DNA of 64,000 nucleotides from Phoronis australis (GCA_002633005.1 NMRA01000301.1:124001-188000); one strand, 5' to 3'; counted from the stretch's first letter, positions 26,701-41,700 are shown. A program made the numbers and translations. The notes: generated by a model not told the origin, from the sequence alone.

Positions 26701-27928
26701 GGACCAACATTTCACCGAGATTACCCAGGACATAAAATATCATAATTTTCGCTTCCTTAACTTGAAGCCCGGTTCTAAACTTTGCACCTTAAACTTATTT
26801 CTCATCCTCCCAATAAATGTTAATTATTGACTGCACTTGTCATCAAGATAAGGAAAACTGTGAGTCCAGTTTGATAGGACTAAATCTGCCATGTTGTGAT
26901 ATTATACTAGGACAATCTATGTGTAGGTTAAGGCATCATATCACCGTACGTTAAGGCATCATATCACCGTACGTTAAGGCATCATATCACCGTACGTTAA
27001 GGCATCATATCACCGTACGTTAAGGCATCATATCACCGTACGTTAAGGCATCATATCACCGTACGTTAAGGCATCATATCACCGTACGTTAAGGCATCAT
27101 ATCACCGTACGTTAAGGCATCATATCACCGTACGTTAAGGCATCATATCACCGTACGTTAAGGCATCATATCACCGTACGTTAAGGCATCATATCACCGT
27201 ACGTTAAGGCATCATATCACCGTACGTTAAGGCATCATATCACCGTACGTTAAGGCATCATATCACCGTACGTTAAGGCATCATATCACCGTACGTTAAG
27301 GCATCATATCACCGTACGTTAAGGCATCATATCACCGTACGTTAAGGCATCATATCACCGTACGTTTGAAGTAGTCCGTGTATATGGTGGCTTTGGCGTT
27401 TCTTTCAGGTGCTCTCACATCTGCGTAGATGTACGGAGTGCCCCGATCCCCGCCAGTAGGACCTGTGCCTCTGGTTGGCGTGGAACCCTGGAAATAATTT
27501 AAAAGGCTGAGGTTGTCAGTGAACCAGCACCTCAAAACTGGATTTCCGAATAAAATCAGATTTTCCGGCAATAAGATATTTTAATTAGTTCAATGAAGCG
27601 AGCTCCGTGTTTTTCTTTCGTTGGCAAATGTAGATTTATACTCATTAAAACGAATGATATACAGAAATCCAAGTACATCTGGGAATGAATTGTTATCTAA
27701 GCCTACGTATTCAATATAGTGCTCACATCACGCTTTTTGGAAAGCCAAAGCAGAAAAGATTCAGGGACACATATTTTCGATGCCCGAATACTTAAAAGCA
27801 TTCAACTCACATCCGCAGAAACACAGGAATTCTTATTTTTTTTACATTGTATGTACATGTATATACACGTGTATATACACAAACACACACACACACACAC
27901 ATATAGACACACACACACACACACACAT

Positions 27929-27960
<32 letters not shown>

Positions 27961-28044
27961 GTATGGACACATGTATATATATATATATATATATCACATA
28001 TAGACACACACACACACATATATATATATATATGTGGACACATG

Positions 28045-28086
<42 letters not shown>

Positions 28087-29689
28087 ATAATGCATCACAA
28101 CAACATAGCATAAAATTGTCACACAAAAAATGAAATCATGCCTAAACAATATCTCAATGATATTCAAACTGATATTGTTACGCCCATTTAGTTGATATTT
28201 GATCTTGGCAGAATCGCCGACTATATCCGGGAAAGCTGTTTGCAAATTTGTGCCCAAAAAGTTTGCATTTAAAAATAGACCGCTCCTTGAATTTCTTATT
28301 GGTGAGACGAAGCTACTTCGTTGTTAAAATTGTCTTACGCTGCGTGGTGTCCAGTCGAAGTCGTCATCGGTCGCTTGTGTCCACCCGCACAGGCCACCTT
28401 GGTCAAAACTGCACGATATCTGACCCCCTGCAAACAAAAATTACATGGACAATGTCACGATTATTTTCGTCGTTCTTAGTGTCATTAGCATTCAAAACGG
28501 TATTAAATTAACATATCTTAGAAGTTTCTTTTGCATTCATCCGATCAGCTGGAGACAGCGCATCATCGTACCCTTAGTGTAGGCAAAGCAACAAACCTAA
28601 TCTTGTGGAATTAATTACAGTGTTCTACTTTTTAGCAAAGGGGCAAATGAAATACTCTGATCAATACCTTGCTATTGCCAGAATTACTTTGGTTTTCTAA
28701 AGCCGATTTCCCATTGAAATTTTATTCGGTTTAACACTACTGATAGCAAGTGGCCTTACTTCTTTGGGAAAGTCACTTACTACTAACCTTAGAACTCTGC
28801 TCTAATTCTACGAAAGCGGTATCAAATTTACATGTACTCCCCTTCAGAAGATGGGGTTAGCGACCGGTATTAAATTTGGTCTATTGGCGTAAGTCAGTGG
28901 GAACACTGAACCCAACAGGATAAATATCGACTCGGCTTGACGAGAGTTCGCGTGGGCGTGTACAGCTAACCCCCATTAGCTTTCATTCAATCTTGATCTT
29001 CCGATCAAGTTAGCTTTGTTCGTTTGTTCTTCTACTTGGTTAATTCTATGAGCTACATTTAAGAATTCGTTAGAAAACATCAACATCAGTGCGCCTGTTT
29101 ACCGGAATTGTTTGTTTCCACCAGTCCAGACCAGCAACGTATTTTAGCACTTGAAGTACGCTGAACCGAATTATAGTTGCAAAAACAGAAGTTCTCGCGG
29201 CTAGTCTGGGGTTCGCAAGCTTTAATAATAGAAAAAGTGTGCATAGTTCACATGTGAGGTTTGGCATTCCCGGGCTAGAGTTCTATGCCTTTGCTTACCT
29301 AAATTATCAGGAGGTATGTAACGCTGGTCCTTGATTCCGGTTTAGCCTGTGGGAAACCACTTTACAAGACCGCGCTATTCCCATGTCATAAACATTTTAA
29401 ACAGCGCGTTTTGGGAATATTGAAGTTTCACAGCTCAATTTACATTGATCTATGTGGGAAAAGAGGGGGTGTTATTGTAAAAGAGGGGGTGTTCTTGTAA
29501 AAGAGGGGGTGTTCTTGTAAAAGATTGGATGAGAAGTTTGATCGATGTCAGAATTAGTCTTAGCCAGTGGCCCAAGACTAAGGTCAGAAATTTGATCTTA
29601 GGCTATTTCTGAAAAAAATCGTTGAATACCACTTGAACAAACTTTAACGCTTTTGAAAATGTATAAACCATTGTTAATAATAATGATAC

Positions 29690-29746
<57 letters not shown>

Positions 29747-32700
29747 CAATGGCAATAATAATAATAATTATAATTATAACAAAAATAATAATAATAATAA
29801 TAATGATAACGATAATAATAATAACAAAAATAATAATAATAACATTAAAACTTATTTACAGAGGATAAAGTAAAGACATGCTTTAGCAAAAGGCTAATAT
29901 ACAGACTGACCAGAAAAATCTTGAGGAAAGAGTCAAAGTGAAAGACAAAACGCATAGCTTCATCAGTGACACGGCTTCTCCCATAACTTTTACTGTTGAA
30001 GATATCAAATCTACACTGTCAAGACCAAAGAACACGGCACCGGGACCTGATCAAATCGATTAAAACATGCCAGGCAGTCTCTCTGACCAGAAGCTACAAG
30101 ATATGGCCAATACGTACAATGAGAGCCTAAGAATGGGAGAGGTTCCGCAAGATTGGCTAGTACATAGTAATCTGGCGGTGATACCAAAACCAGGCAGGGA
30201 TCACACGAAGTTTTAACTTAAAAATGGTTATAGAGTGATCACAATGCAAAATACCGTTGGTAAATTGATGGAGAAAATGGTGGTACACATCTTTGCATAC
30301 AATCTTGAGGTCTTGGGGGAATTACCTGCAACTCTTGATAGCTACAGAAGAGGAAAAATACATGGGCAAACGCCGCAATTTTTGCCTATGACGCTTTTGA
30401 GGCATTTCAGAGGAAGGAGGAAACTATAGCAGTGGCAACTGATCTTGAAGACGCCTATAACCGGGTATGATACGAAAAACTTATGAATCTGCTGGTCGAT
30501 TGTCAGCTGGAGCCGCATCTCATTAACTGGGTGGCAAGCGCACTAATGAAATGCACGGTTGCGCTACGATTGCAGCAGTGGGTGTCGAATCCAGTTACAG
30601 GAACTCCTGGACTTCCACAAGGATCACCAATGTCACCAGTAATGCACAACATCTACACGAGTCGGCGTGCCAGTATGACTATACCGGGGGGGGGGAGAAC
30701 ACTAACTTTCGCAGATGATGTCCTTATATATACAGCAGGCACCTACAGAGATGACATGGTTGAGGTTACGGGAAAGGCTCTGAAGGAGGTCAATGAATGG
30801 TGTGATGAATATAGTCCAGCTGTGAACCCCTCTAAGGCAGCAACGCTCTGGTGTTCTCTGGATAACCACAAAGTACACAAAGACCTGACTCAAGTGAGAA
30901 TAGGGGGGAGGATGTGGAAAGAGTGCCTGGCCTCAAGTACCTGGGGATAACGTTTGACAGAACGCTGAGTTACAAAGAGCATGTGAACCACCTAATTAAG
31001 CGGTGCGCACATGGACTAGCTGCATTAAAGACCATGGTTACCTGTAGAGTAGAACAACGCCAGCTATTGATTTTCTTCAAGGCGATAGTATTGTCAGTCA
31101 TTTATTACGGTTTGATTTGGGCTCTAGTTTTTCAGAACGAAGCCTTCAAAAATCAAGAGTACGGCGGTTTTTGCTCAAACTGTTCTAAAAATGAATACTT
31201 AAAAAACTAAGATTTATCTCAAAAATCTGATACATTATTCCCTCGAAGATGCCGTTATCAACATAATTACAAAAGACTGGAAGAGCAATGTTTCTGAAGG
31301 CTACAGTATGTTTACAGTAAAAAAATACCAAAAAAATGCAAATTTTGTGAAACAATAAAGACAAGTAAATCAGAAAATATATATTTTGTAGGGGTTACAG
31401 CTAACAGAGTTCAACTTCCACACCTGTACAATCTGGTAAACAAGGTTGAGTTAGAAAAATATATTCAGGACGGTGTCTGCCGATGGCACGTTAGTTAAGG
31501 GTCACTTCACTGCAACATCGTTTGGTATAGTGTTAAACATCTCTAAATGTCAACTTTCGAAATTCTGAGCTTATACAAGCTTCTTGTATATTTTCCATAC
31601 ATACAAAACTCTCAATTCCAAACTGAGAGGGGCATAAGTGTACGCGCAATTGGAGTTCTCCGTGGATTGCTCTAAAACCTCCTCACCCCCTGCACACCTC
31701 GACCCCCACGACCCCTCGACCCACAACACCTTCGACCCACGACCTGTGGCAATGGAGATAATTTTGCGCTTTTCACTTTTTTCATAATCTTTTAAATCGC
31801 CGAGTGACTTTCCTTGAAGACTTAATTGCTATGGTATAACAGAGAGGTCGACGATCATTGGTCAAGCAGAGTTTCGCGAAAAGAAAAGCGACAGAAAAGG
31901 AAATCGATGTTTTTTATTAAAAAGCTCCGAACAACTGCTGAAGTGTTGTCTGAGAAAAAATCGGTGTAATTATCACTTTAACGTTGGAAATTTCATCATG
32001 ATTCGTGCTTGCTTCATTACCAACGATGTTTCCTCTTTACTGCAATTATTCAGTGTCAGGTATGGAACTGTTGTATTTTACGCCTTTTAGCAAATAATCT
32101 TGCATGGGCGGTGTACCATAGGGGCTGGTTGCTATAGCACTCACTTATTTCAGTGCTGCTCAGACCGCGTCTTAACGTAATAAATTCGATTATTGAGTTT
32201 TGTTGCTAGAGACATTGTTACAGCAAATGGACACATTGCTGTGCCCTCTGACTGCAGTGCAGGTGTCTTGGAGACATATTGCGAGGCAGCTCGCATGCCA
32301 ATTTCCGGATAGTTCTAAACCCCTACATCCATTCAACCCCTCGACCCAGGATCCTCTCGACCCAAGACCTGGGGCAATAGAGGTATTTTTGCGCTTTTTA
32401 CAAACTTCGTAATCTTATCAAGTCGCGGATTGACATTCCCATAAAACATAGATATCTACACGCCAGTCTGTTCTTGCTCAAGTCTGGTGATAATAACAGA
32501 AAGTGGCGTGAGAACGTGATCTAAAATATCGTATTGTGAGCGCGACATCGTTGTCACGGAAATAGTTCCACAAGCGGCTGCCAATCGCCCCGTTATACTT
32601 AACTCAGGGGGAGGGTCCACTAAATAAATGTGAATGTACATAAATTCACGTTTTTATTATTTGTTTTCTGTTTTATACTCGTTTACAGTATTTTCCATAT

Positions 32701-35700
32701 AAAGTTGAAACACTTTTTAGTTAACTGTTTGTTTTTTTAAAACTGTACTTACCGATGAAATTATAGTATTGTCGCTCCTCAAAAAACGTTGAATCTGCCA
32801 TTCACTAAAGAGCAGACGAGACGATTACACTCTGCCAGGAACGACATTTGTAACATTGGTAGGTCTTTGATTTTTTTTCCTGCTTCTGACTTTCAAAGTT
32901 ACCTAATCTATTATCGTAATTGTAAAAAACTGGGAAAAGCCAGCAGAGCTCCCGGCCCAACTCATTGGTCCTGCAAGTCATTGGTCCTGCAAGTCAATAC
33001 TTGTTCTATGTTCAGATCTAGTCGAGCTTGTGTATTCTGTGTCGAGGGGATCGTGGGTCGTGGGTCGTGTGTCGAGGGGTTCGAGGGTCGTGGGTAGAGG
33101 TGGTCGTGGGGTGGAGTGGTCGAGGGAGTTTTAGAAGTTTCCTAAATTTCCCCACCCGCTGTATTGACGCTCTGAACCGAAAAACTGAAAAATGTGAATT
33201 CCTGCTCTGCTATGGGACAAAAGGAGCATCGGCCTGTTTTCAGAGGTGCGTCTGCCGTTTTTCTCAGAAAAGGTACGTTTTTCCTGTGTATCGTGCGTTT
33301 GAAACCTGTGGCTGTCTGCTGCTAGTTGTGCCGGTTTGTACAGCTGTACAGATCCAGCGAAGCCGAACGTGAATCGATAACCTAACGGAGCCAAACCCGG
33401 CTTTGTGTCGAGGGGGGTGTGGATCAAGGAGGTTGTGGGTCGTGGGACGAGGGGTTTGTGGGTCGAGGGGGTTTTAGAACAATCCGTTCTCCGTGCGTTC
33501 GAAAGTACTTGTAAATATAAAACGTACAACCAGCGCAGCAACAGAAGAGCTTCATATTTCCAAAGCATGTGAAAAGCCGACGCAACCGTTCACGACTGCG
33601 TAAGAACATTATCGAACAAAAGACAGTCCACAGGGGAATTCTGTACATCTTGGAGTCAAACAACTCAATGCCCAAGAGCTTAAAGCTATGCTGATGACTT
33701 GCTCACTGTGTAGTCGATCGTTGTTCGTCGCGTTGCCCTGACTTGCTGCTGTCCCAGTTCTTCGAAACTTTTTTCCCATTTGCTTGCTGGTGTTCATACG
33801 TGAAAGTGAAACGTTACGTCTGTGTTTTGAAATACGAAGTTTTTAAATAGCTGCGCCTTTTGCACAAGTTTTGACCAAGAACTAAAACAAACAACTTATA
33901 AGATGCCTGCAAAAATTGAAAGCCACTGTTTAAATGAGCGTGTGCAGTCAATTTTTGTATGAAGGTTCCCTTTTGTGGTTACAAGAGCTCCCCAAGGGAA
34001 AATGCAGATGGTTGAGGGTAAATCAAGTCAAGGTCCTGGTGAGGCAACATTAGTGATTCCAGTCAACATCTATATGTATGTGCAGGTAATCCATTCAAAT
34101 GGGTTGTATGTAGAGGTATGAGAGTGTTGAAATGTGTCGTATGGTGTCACTCAAGCGTACACTTACCAGGACCAGGTGAAATAGTCGTCGTGGGTCTAGC
34201 TGTCGATCCTGCAAAAAATGTCGAAGTTTTCAAAACAGTCGAAATTCCCAAGAATTCAAGATTTTTTTACAAGTGCGCACGCTGCCGTCTTAATTCTGTT
34301 TATTTCTCCGAGAATTTCTGGAAATTCGATTGCACTTCTGGTTACCTACGTTTTTGGAGTAACCTCACTTGAACAAAGGAAGACAGAACATTGGATGAGA
34401 TTTAAGTGGTTTGTTTTGGAAATAATCACTAAGTAACTAACAACAATAAGAGTAAATTCAATTCATTCATCGACAAAGACGTGTTGCAATTTATATTAAT
34501 TAACACCGAAACTGCGGAACATTGGTACCTAAAACAGTTGGTGCATCCTAAAGTGCGATAGGCTAACTTGAAAACTCTACCATTCAGATCTGGAACACGT
34601 GTTTTTTGTATTTTAGACCGGGGTTGTTGGTATTTGAAGGAAATTACTCCACAGCATGTCTAATCAGTGACTCACCTAGAGCACCAACTGCTTTGGCAGT
34701 GAATTTGAATCCCTTTCTGGTACTCGCGCGGGTGTCCTTGGTGTCAAATATAACCATCATCTCAGTAGAGTTATGGTCCAGGAAAGTATTAACATCTGTT
34801 GGTATGCTGCCAAGTTTGCCGCAATACCTGTCAAATAGAGTTAGATTGTGGTAAAATTCGATATTCAGTCAGTAAACAAGTATGTTTTACTCCCAGAAAT
34901 ACTCTTTCATCTCCCCGTGTCATTATAGCACTATTTCTACTGTGAAACGAAATTGAAGAGTGGCCTGCTTTTAACTTAAAACGGTTCAGTTTTGGACGGA
35001 ATGGCCAACCTTGAGGCTGTTAGACATTCATTAAACTTGTTGACGCTCTAAATGATAAGCAGTATAATAGAAATATTTGAGACATTCCTTGTGATTTTCT
35101 GGACCAGTTTCATAAATTGCATGTTGGTACATGTAAGTAACAAAACCAGAAGTGTTCTTCTTACTACACGTAGGTCTGTTATAGCAAAAGAGACATGGCG
35201 GGCTTTACCTGTGATAAGGGCGTTTTGCCGTTAATGGAAGGAGTATACTTCTTGTGCTGAAGTCTAGCCTTACACATACGAAGTACGCTTAAAATACTGT
35301 CATTTATCGAGTGAGATTCGACTTACCTAAAAAAATTTTGGACTTTGACCGTTGCGCTTGTTAGTTTCATCCCGCGATGTGGCTAATCTCAGATAACAGC
35401 TATTTTCGCACATAATGGCAATTTCACTGCATAAAGCTGATACATACACAAAACGTACCGAGAGGTGGCGTTGATGAAATAATATCCCACTCGACATTAT
35501 TCCGCGTATAGACCGAGACCGAAGGTCGAGGTCGATATATCGACCTAGACCGATACGCGGAATAATGTCGAATGGGATATTACTTCACGTACTCTAATCG
35601 AGGTACGTTTTGTATTTATTCCATGCGCCTCAGATTCCTAAGTTTCGTACATTTCTTCGCCAGATTTTTCAAATACTTCACTCAGACTGTTGACGTGGCG

Positions 35701-38700
35701 GATCACATCCTATATGTATGTACTTGTGCGTTAGGCTGCAAGTTTTCTTTAGTAAAAGAAACAGTTATAAATGTAACGATGAATACAGGAAACATTATTA
35801 CATGGCCGTATTTACCTCTACTGATTCAACGCATATGGAATTATTGAATATTTTGAATTAGATATCAATTTGAATATCACACTGATTTTCAATATGTGTT
35901 CATACCAAGTACGTTTAAATACCATTTGTAATAACCGTGTCACGTGCCCGTGTAATAATCTATTATGTAATAACGTTTTAAGATCACCTGACGCTGTTAT
36001 ACCGATGGGTAGCCAAAGACGTTGATTAAACCTGAATATTCGGTATAAAAATGTTGAACTACGCGCATTTTATATCAGTTTCGGTTAACAAGTCAACGAC
36101 GTGATGACAGCTCTCGTTAAGTTCAAGGATATCTTGCAATAGTTCACATATGTCTAGCAAACTAAATTATCTTCATTCTCGGGGAACTTCAAATACGAAA
36201 CACATGCCGTGTAGTGAGAAAAATATTTGGCAGAACCACCTTGGAACCGCACAACCGCGTGGAGATCTGTTCACTACTTATCCGAAGTCAAATGTTACTG
36301 CTCTGTCAATGAAATCGAATCTCCCGCCAGGCACAGAGCTGCTCCGTATGTACCCTCAGTCCTTTCATTCGCCGAGTCGGAATAATATTGCGTCGACGAC
36401 GTGTACATTTGATAGAAAGATGCCTGGGAAAATGAAGACAACATGTAGCTTTGATCCTCAGACAGTTGTGTGTCTACGTGCATACAACCGTTGAGAACGA
36501 ATGCTACGCCTCTCTGACATAGTGTTCACGAACAGAGTTAATAGCATGCGCCCACCCAGCTTTCAATATGGGGGGCTCTAATTCCTTACGCTGTGGACCT
36601 TTTGGAAACAAAAATCCGGGCGGACTAAAAAGACCAAAAATGGGGGCACCACTGTGAATTGCGCGTTTGTGCTTGTTTAGTGGACTGTTGTCTCATTTTC
36701 GCGTATATTTTTTCTCAGAGGCGGACCTTTTTGCCCACTTCGCCAAATGGGGGGGCTCGTTCGAGCCCCTAGAGCCTCACCCCCCTCCCCCTTCGGTGCG
36801 CGCACGAATAGTGAGAAGAGATAAATCGTCACCATATTCCTTAATTCTAGTAAATTGACATTTCGATGTTTCGATCTCATGCGCGGCACGTGCTTTAACT
36901 ACCCACCCGACTTCTGTATCCATTTCGTTCTTGGTTTTCATATTAATGTCCAAGTGCGCTGTGTGTCTAATAATGAAGTGTTAACCTACTTTGAAATGGA
37001 CCACAGTGCACCAGGCTGACTCACATCATATGCTGACTCCGCACGTGACAGGATCGACTTGGTTTAGATTAAAAGTTTTTGTGATAATTAAGTTTCTTAC
37101 GCACTGCAGGTTCAGATGGCTTTGAGCGTGAATGTTGAAATTATGAATGTGGTTAAGGGGTGTGTATGTTATATTGACCAAAAACAAGTTTTCACTGAAT
37201 AATTAGCCGAAGTCCTCGACTCGTCCTCGAGGTTTTTACGTCGCACCTCATGTTCAGCATTTTCTCGGCTTCGGGAAATCGACTTAATTTGAAATTAGGA
37301 ACACGAGTTCTCAAAATCAGCTCGGTTGATTTCGCTGAGACTTTCCAAACTTAATATTTTTTCGTCAATCTCAAAAGCGCTTTTAGAATTTTTGATATAA
37401 AGACTTAGTTTTTGCGTAATGTAGCAAAGACGAATACGGCTTCCATTTTTACAAAAACACCTTACGTTCTGCGAGTTGATTTGTCATATAAATCAAACGA
37501 AAAGAATAATTGAAAATTTCTAACAGCGTTTTTGTTTGAAGTTTTCATTTAAAAAAGGCTCCATTACAATCGACTGAAGGCTAATTTGCTATGAATTTCT
37601 TAAACATGGAAATTTGACTTTAAAAGGTGTCAGCGTAATAATAATAATGGCACATATATATAAAAAGTATTATTTTATTTCCTGGTCTTTTTGTTTCAGA
37701 AATTATATACAGTACTTTTACAAGTTGACAAAACCTAGTTTTTTGATATACCAGTTAGAATGGAGGCCACCAAATAAGGTTTGAGGTAACCTTTCAGAGG
37801 CCTGGAACGCAAAAAAAACGACAAAATTTCATCATTCAGAGTGGTTCTCTGTCACTGAAACAGAATTCAGCGTGTTCACAAGATATTCTTGCTCCTAAAG
37901 ATTATGAATTTTTGTTGATGTCTAAGACAGTTAGCATGTTTCTATTAGTTTCAACTGCTCGTCACGCCGTCGATTTTTTGTCCACACAAAAAGGTACGTG
38001 TCCTCATTTGGTATAACACATAGACGTAGCGCATTTCTCTTGTATGGACATGTGACCTTTGACATTTGATGAAAACAAAACAATGACGACTTCAAGCAGT
38101 AGCCCAATTAAGAGGCAACTGGTGTTCAAACAAAGGTATCGTGGTGTTCAAATACTTTCTAAAATATACTTGGAATGCCTTGCTTCACTGGCTTGCCCAT
38201 ACTGGGGTGTCGACGTCACAATCAGAGTGCGATCACGCGTGATAATCTGCCGTTAATATCTTTCTTGTCAATAAGCGGTTTGTCGAATGACTGTGAGCGC
38301 ATGAACGCAATTACAGAATTAGTAACTCTGTGGTGACCACCGAGTTTAGCCTAAGCGCAAATATCAAAATCGTAAACTTTGTGATTTTTCGTAAAAATTT
38401 TCTTTACGAGGGATAGTAAATAACTTTGTGGTAGACGTTGCGATAAGGTACTTTCGTCAGGAAGTGTAAAAAATTGTTTGAAGAGCTTTTATATTCCATG
38501 TATTTTTTGAAGGGCATCTGAATCGTGGCGGCCGCTTGTTGTATGTTGCAAAGTCGGCGGGCTGGCCCTGCGCGACATTCCACTAGCTTGGTTGAACACG
38601 ACGGTGTACTAGACAGGTAAAGTGTAAGTGCAAATGCCCTACGGGGCTACAGGTAGAATCCTGCTTAAAAACAATTCTGTACTCTCTACAGCAATCTTGA

Positions 38701-41700
38701 CCTGAAGTCTGTTCCGTAGACGCCAAAAACCCTTCGAGAGAATCTAGCGAGATCTGAAGTTTTGCTTGAAATACATGGCCATTTCTCTCAAATTCGTGTG
38801 TAATCTTGAGTTTCTTGACATTTTTGGGCCTTCAAAAGGCCTAGTGCTGTCTCTTTTAATTCATGAGCCCAGTGCAAACTAAGCCAGCATTTAGTCAAGA
38901 ACAGTTGCGCCGTTTTTTGGCTGAGTCTCATTCGAGTGGGACTGCTGAAATCAGCGGGAGTTCACAAACGACGTTTAAAAGTGGACACATTCCTGCGTAA
39001 AAACTCTTTTCATTGGTCCACGTTGTGCAGTTGTCCACTTACTTGACTCCTGTTTGTCCGATGAGGTTTGCGTTGATCTGTACGAAGTGATAACAGCGTC
39101 TGGACGAACCAGCCACATCAAAATCCGAGAAGCTCAGTTCCACACCACTTCCGGCGTCTGCGTCTACCTAAAAACGAAACATCGGTGATGGAAACAACGT
39201 CATCAATAATATTTACTCGGAACAAAAAGCTTGCCGTTTGAACACAATTCAGTTAGAATTCCCAACCAACTAGTTAGAACCTCTTGAAATTCAGCTCGCC
39301 AATCGAAAGAAAACTGTCTCTACTTCAATGTTTGAACAATGTCAGATAGAAGATACAGTGTGCTAAGCACCATTAATAAACCTTGCAGGGCGCAAATTAG
39401 GTGTTGCGCTACGCATTTTGGTATATTATTGGATTTGGTAGACTTTTTTAAAGTTATTAGTTAGAGTAGCTTTGTCCAACAATGCAATTTGCTGTATTGT
39501 TGAGGTTTTATTACCAATAAACCACCCCCCTTGGTCTGCCAGACATTCGGTGATGTTAAAGGTCAGTGACTTTGAAAGTTGCACTTAAAATACCGGCTCT
39601 GCCATTGATCAATAGGATTTAGCACCGCAAGTAGAAAGTCCCTGTCTGCTACCAGAGAGGTCCAGTTTTGAATCCGCACTGTGGCTGATCTCAGAAACTC
39701 CCATTTATTGCTGATGATGACATCATATAAACTCAAAAGCTCTTCAGTGGCTAGCAATACTTACATTTACGATTTATATTTCAGCACCATTTCCATAAGT
39801 AAACAACAATGACTCAGTTATCAATGGCAACATTGGTAGTTCTAAAATACTGGTTCCTTATTATGAGCTTAAGCGTAATAAACATGTTCGTCTACACTGT
39901 ATACGGCCGAAGGACCCTGTTGAAAAAGTCGGGCATGTTCAAGCTAATGCATGGCCGACAACAACAGCTTCCATTTTTTCGTTGAGTCGGTAGTCTTGGT
40001 GAAGGAAATGTTCAACCTTTCTGGGCAAAAGCAATTGCAATAAACTGTACAATGCTTGGTTCACGGCCAACTTTTACACACTTGCCAAAGAGCCACCACC
40101 CAATGACCCCGAACAGTAGGGAGAGATGGGGATTTCAAGTGATGCCTTTGGAATATAATTTCATTGCGTGGCAATTTATTTGAGGTTACGGCCCATTTGA
40201 GCACAAATCAACTGGACTAAGGTGAACATTTGTTCTGAAGATAATGTCATTCTCACCATCATTTTCGCCCTCTTTATGTGGGGCAGTATGGGTTGACCTA
40301 CCCGACAATTAAATGCAGATTTTACTTAAAATATTATATAAGTGTTGAAATCTGCCCTTGATGATATCTTTATGTAATCAATATATTACTGACACTTTCA
40401 AGTTATTTATTTATACTGTAAGTTGCTTCTTATCTATATGTCGACTTCGCTGGGCGATGTCTGAGTGATCGGCATTCACAGTATTACTTTGCAGTTGTAA
40501 TGCAACAAAAACTTTAATTGCAAAATATCAGGCACGCCTTTTTCTTTGTATCGAAGGGCTTAAAATATGCATGACAATTGCCGAAAATGCAGTGACATCT
40601 TTCTTATTTTTAATGCGCTAAGAAAGTGAACGTAGGTAGATTTCAAAAATACAATAGGAACAAGTAACCGTTGGGAACATTTCACAACACTGCAACCTTT
40701 GACAACCTGCCTCCCGTTCAGTAACGCTAGGATCTCGCTTAAAAGCAAGACTTCGCGAGATTGTGAGAGATATTGTAGAGTATTTTAAATGAGAACACGT
40801 GACGTTCACTAGATTTTAGCTATGTCCTGGTTACTGAACGCACGCCTGGTTTACACTACATCTGTTGATTCGAAAAGATTTTGTATGATATACGTAGGTA
40901 AATTGGCTTCTTTATTTTAACATGAAGACATTCAAGATGGCGATAGAATTCCTGGACTTGCAAATCATTAGTAGAAATAACCGAAGCGTTAACTTACCTG
41001 CTATTCACGTCCGTAAAACGTAACCTAGTTTTTCCCGGCTACTACTTACATGTATAAAAAGCCATGGTGTATGCGCATGACAGAGTAAAAATTTGTGGGA
41101 TTGTCATTTCTGTTACACCTGTTAGCTGAAACTCTGCTGTGAGTGAATCCCACAATCTCCTCCAGCGTGACATTTCATTGTGTACATAAAAAAAGATTTA
41201 CCTTAAAGACATACGCACAAATTTTGTTCTGGTCGTAGTTGTTTGGATAGTTTGGACTCTGTATGGTCACTGTCGGGTTAGCAGCATCCAGGTGGTATAC
41301 GCCACCACAATCTGTTGCAACAAAGAGAATGTCAATGACCAATTACAATTAGCTTAAATCCAAGGCAGGTTGAAAAGTTAGCCGAGTAATGTAACTAATC
41401 TTGGTGCGATAGACAAGTCATGTAGCATACCAATACACAAAATAAAATAGACTGGTAACTTGCCTTGATCGAGACTTTGTCAAGGCCATGAGATCGGGAT
41501 ACGTTCTGTATACAATAGTACAGCCAGGCAACTGACGCGACAAAGGGAATTCAAAATTCACAGGGTGGCACCGGCAAGGACAACTGTAGCTGAAGCAGTG
41601 CTTTCAAACGGGTAATCACTTGCGACCCCATTCAACAAACACCTGCCGGTGTAGTACTTTCTGCTCTAAACCCATCCATATGCTAACTAGAGGGGTCTTT

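Noticed and set aside
26927-27363. CRISPR array
   Set aside because: The units are contiguous and identical with no unique spacers. There are no cas genes and the context is a eukaryotic intron.
27719-28257. His/Thr- or Cys/Val-rich ORFs
   Set aside because: Translations of dinucleotide microsatellites.
29653-29868. Poly-Ile membrane protein ORF
   Set aside because: Translation of a (TAA)n microsatellite.
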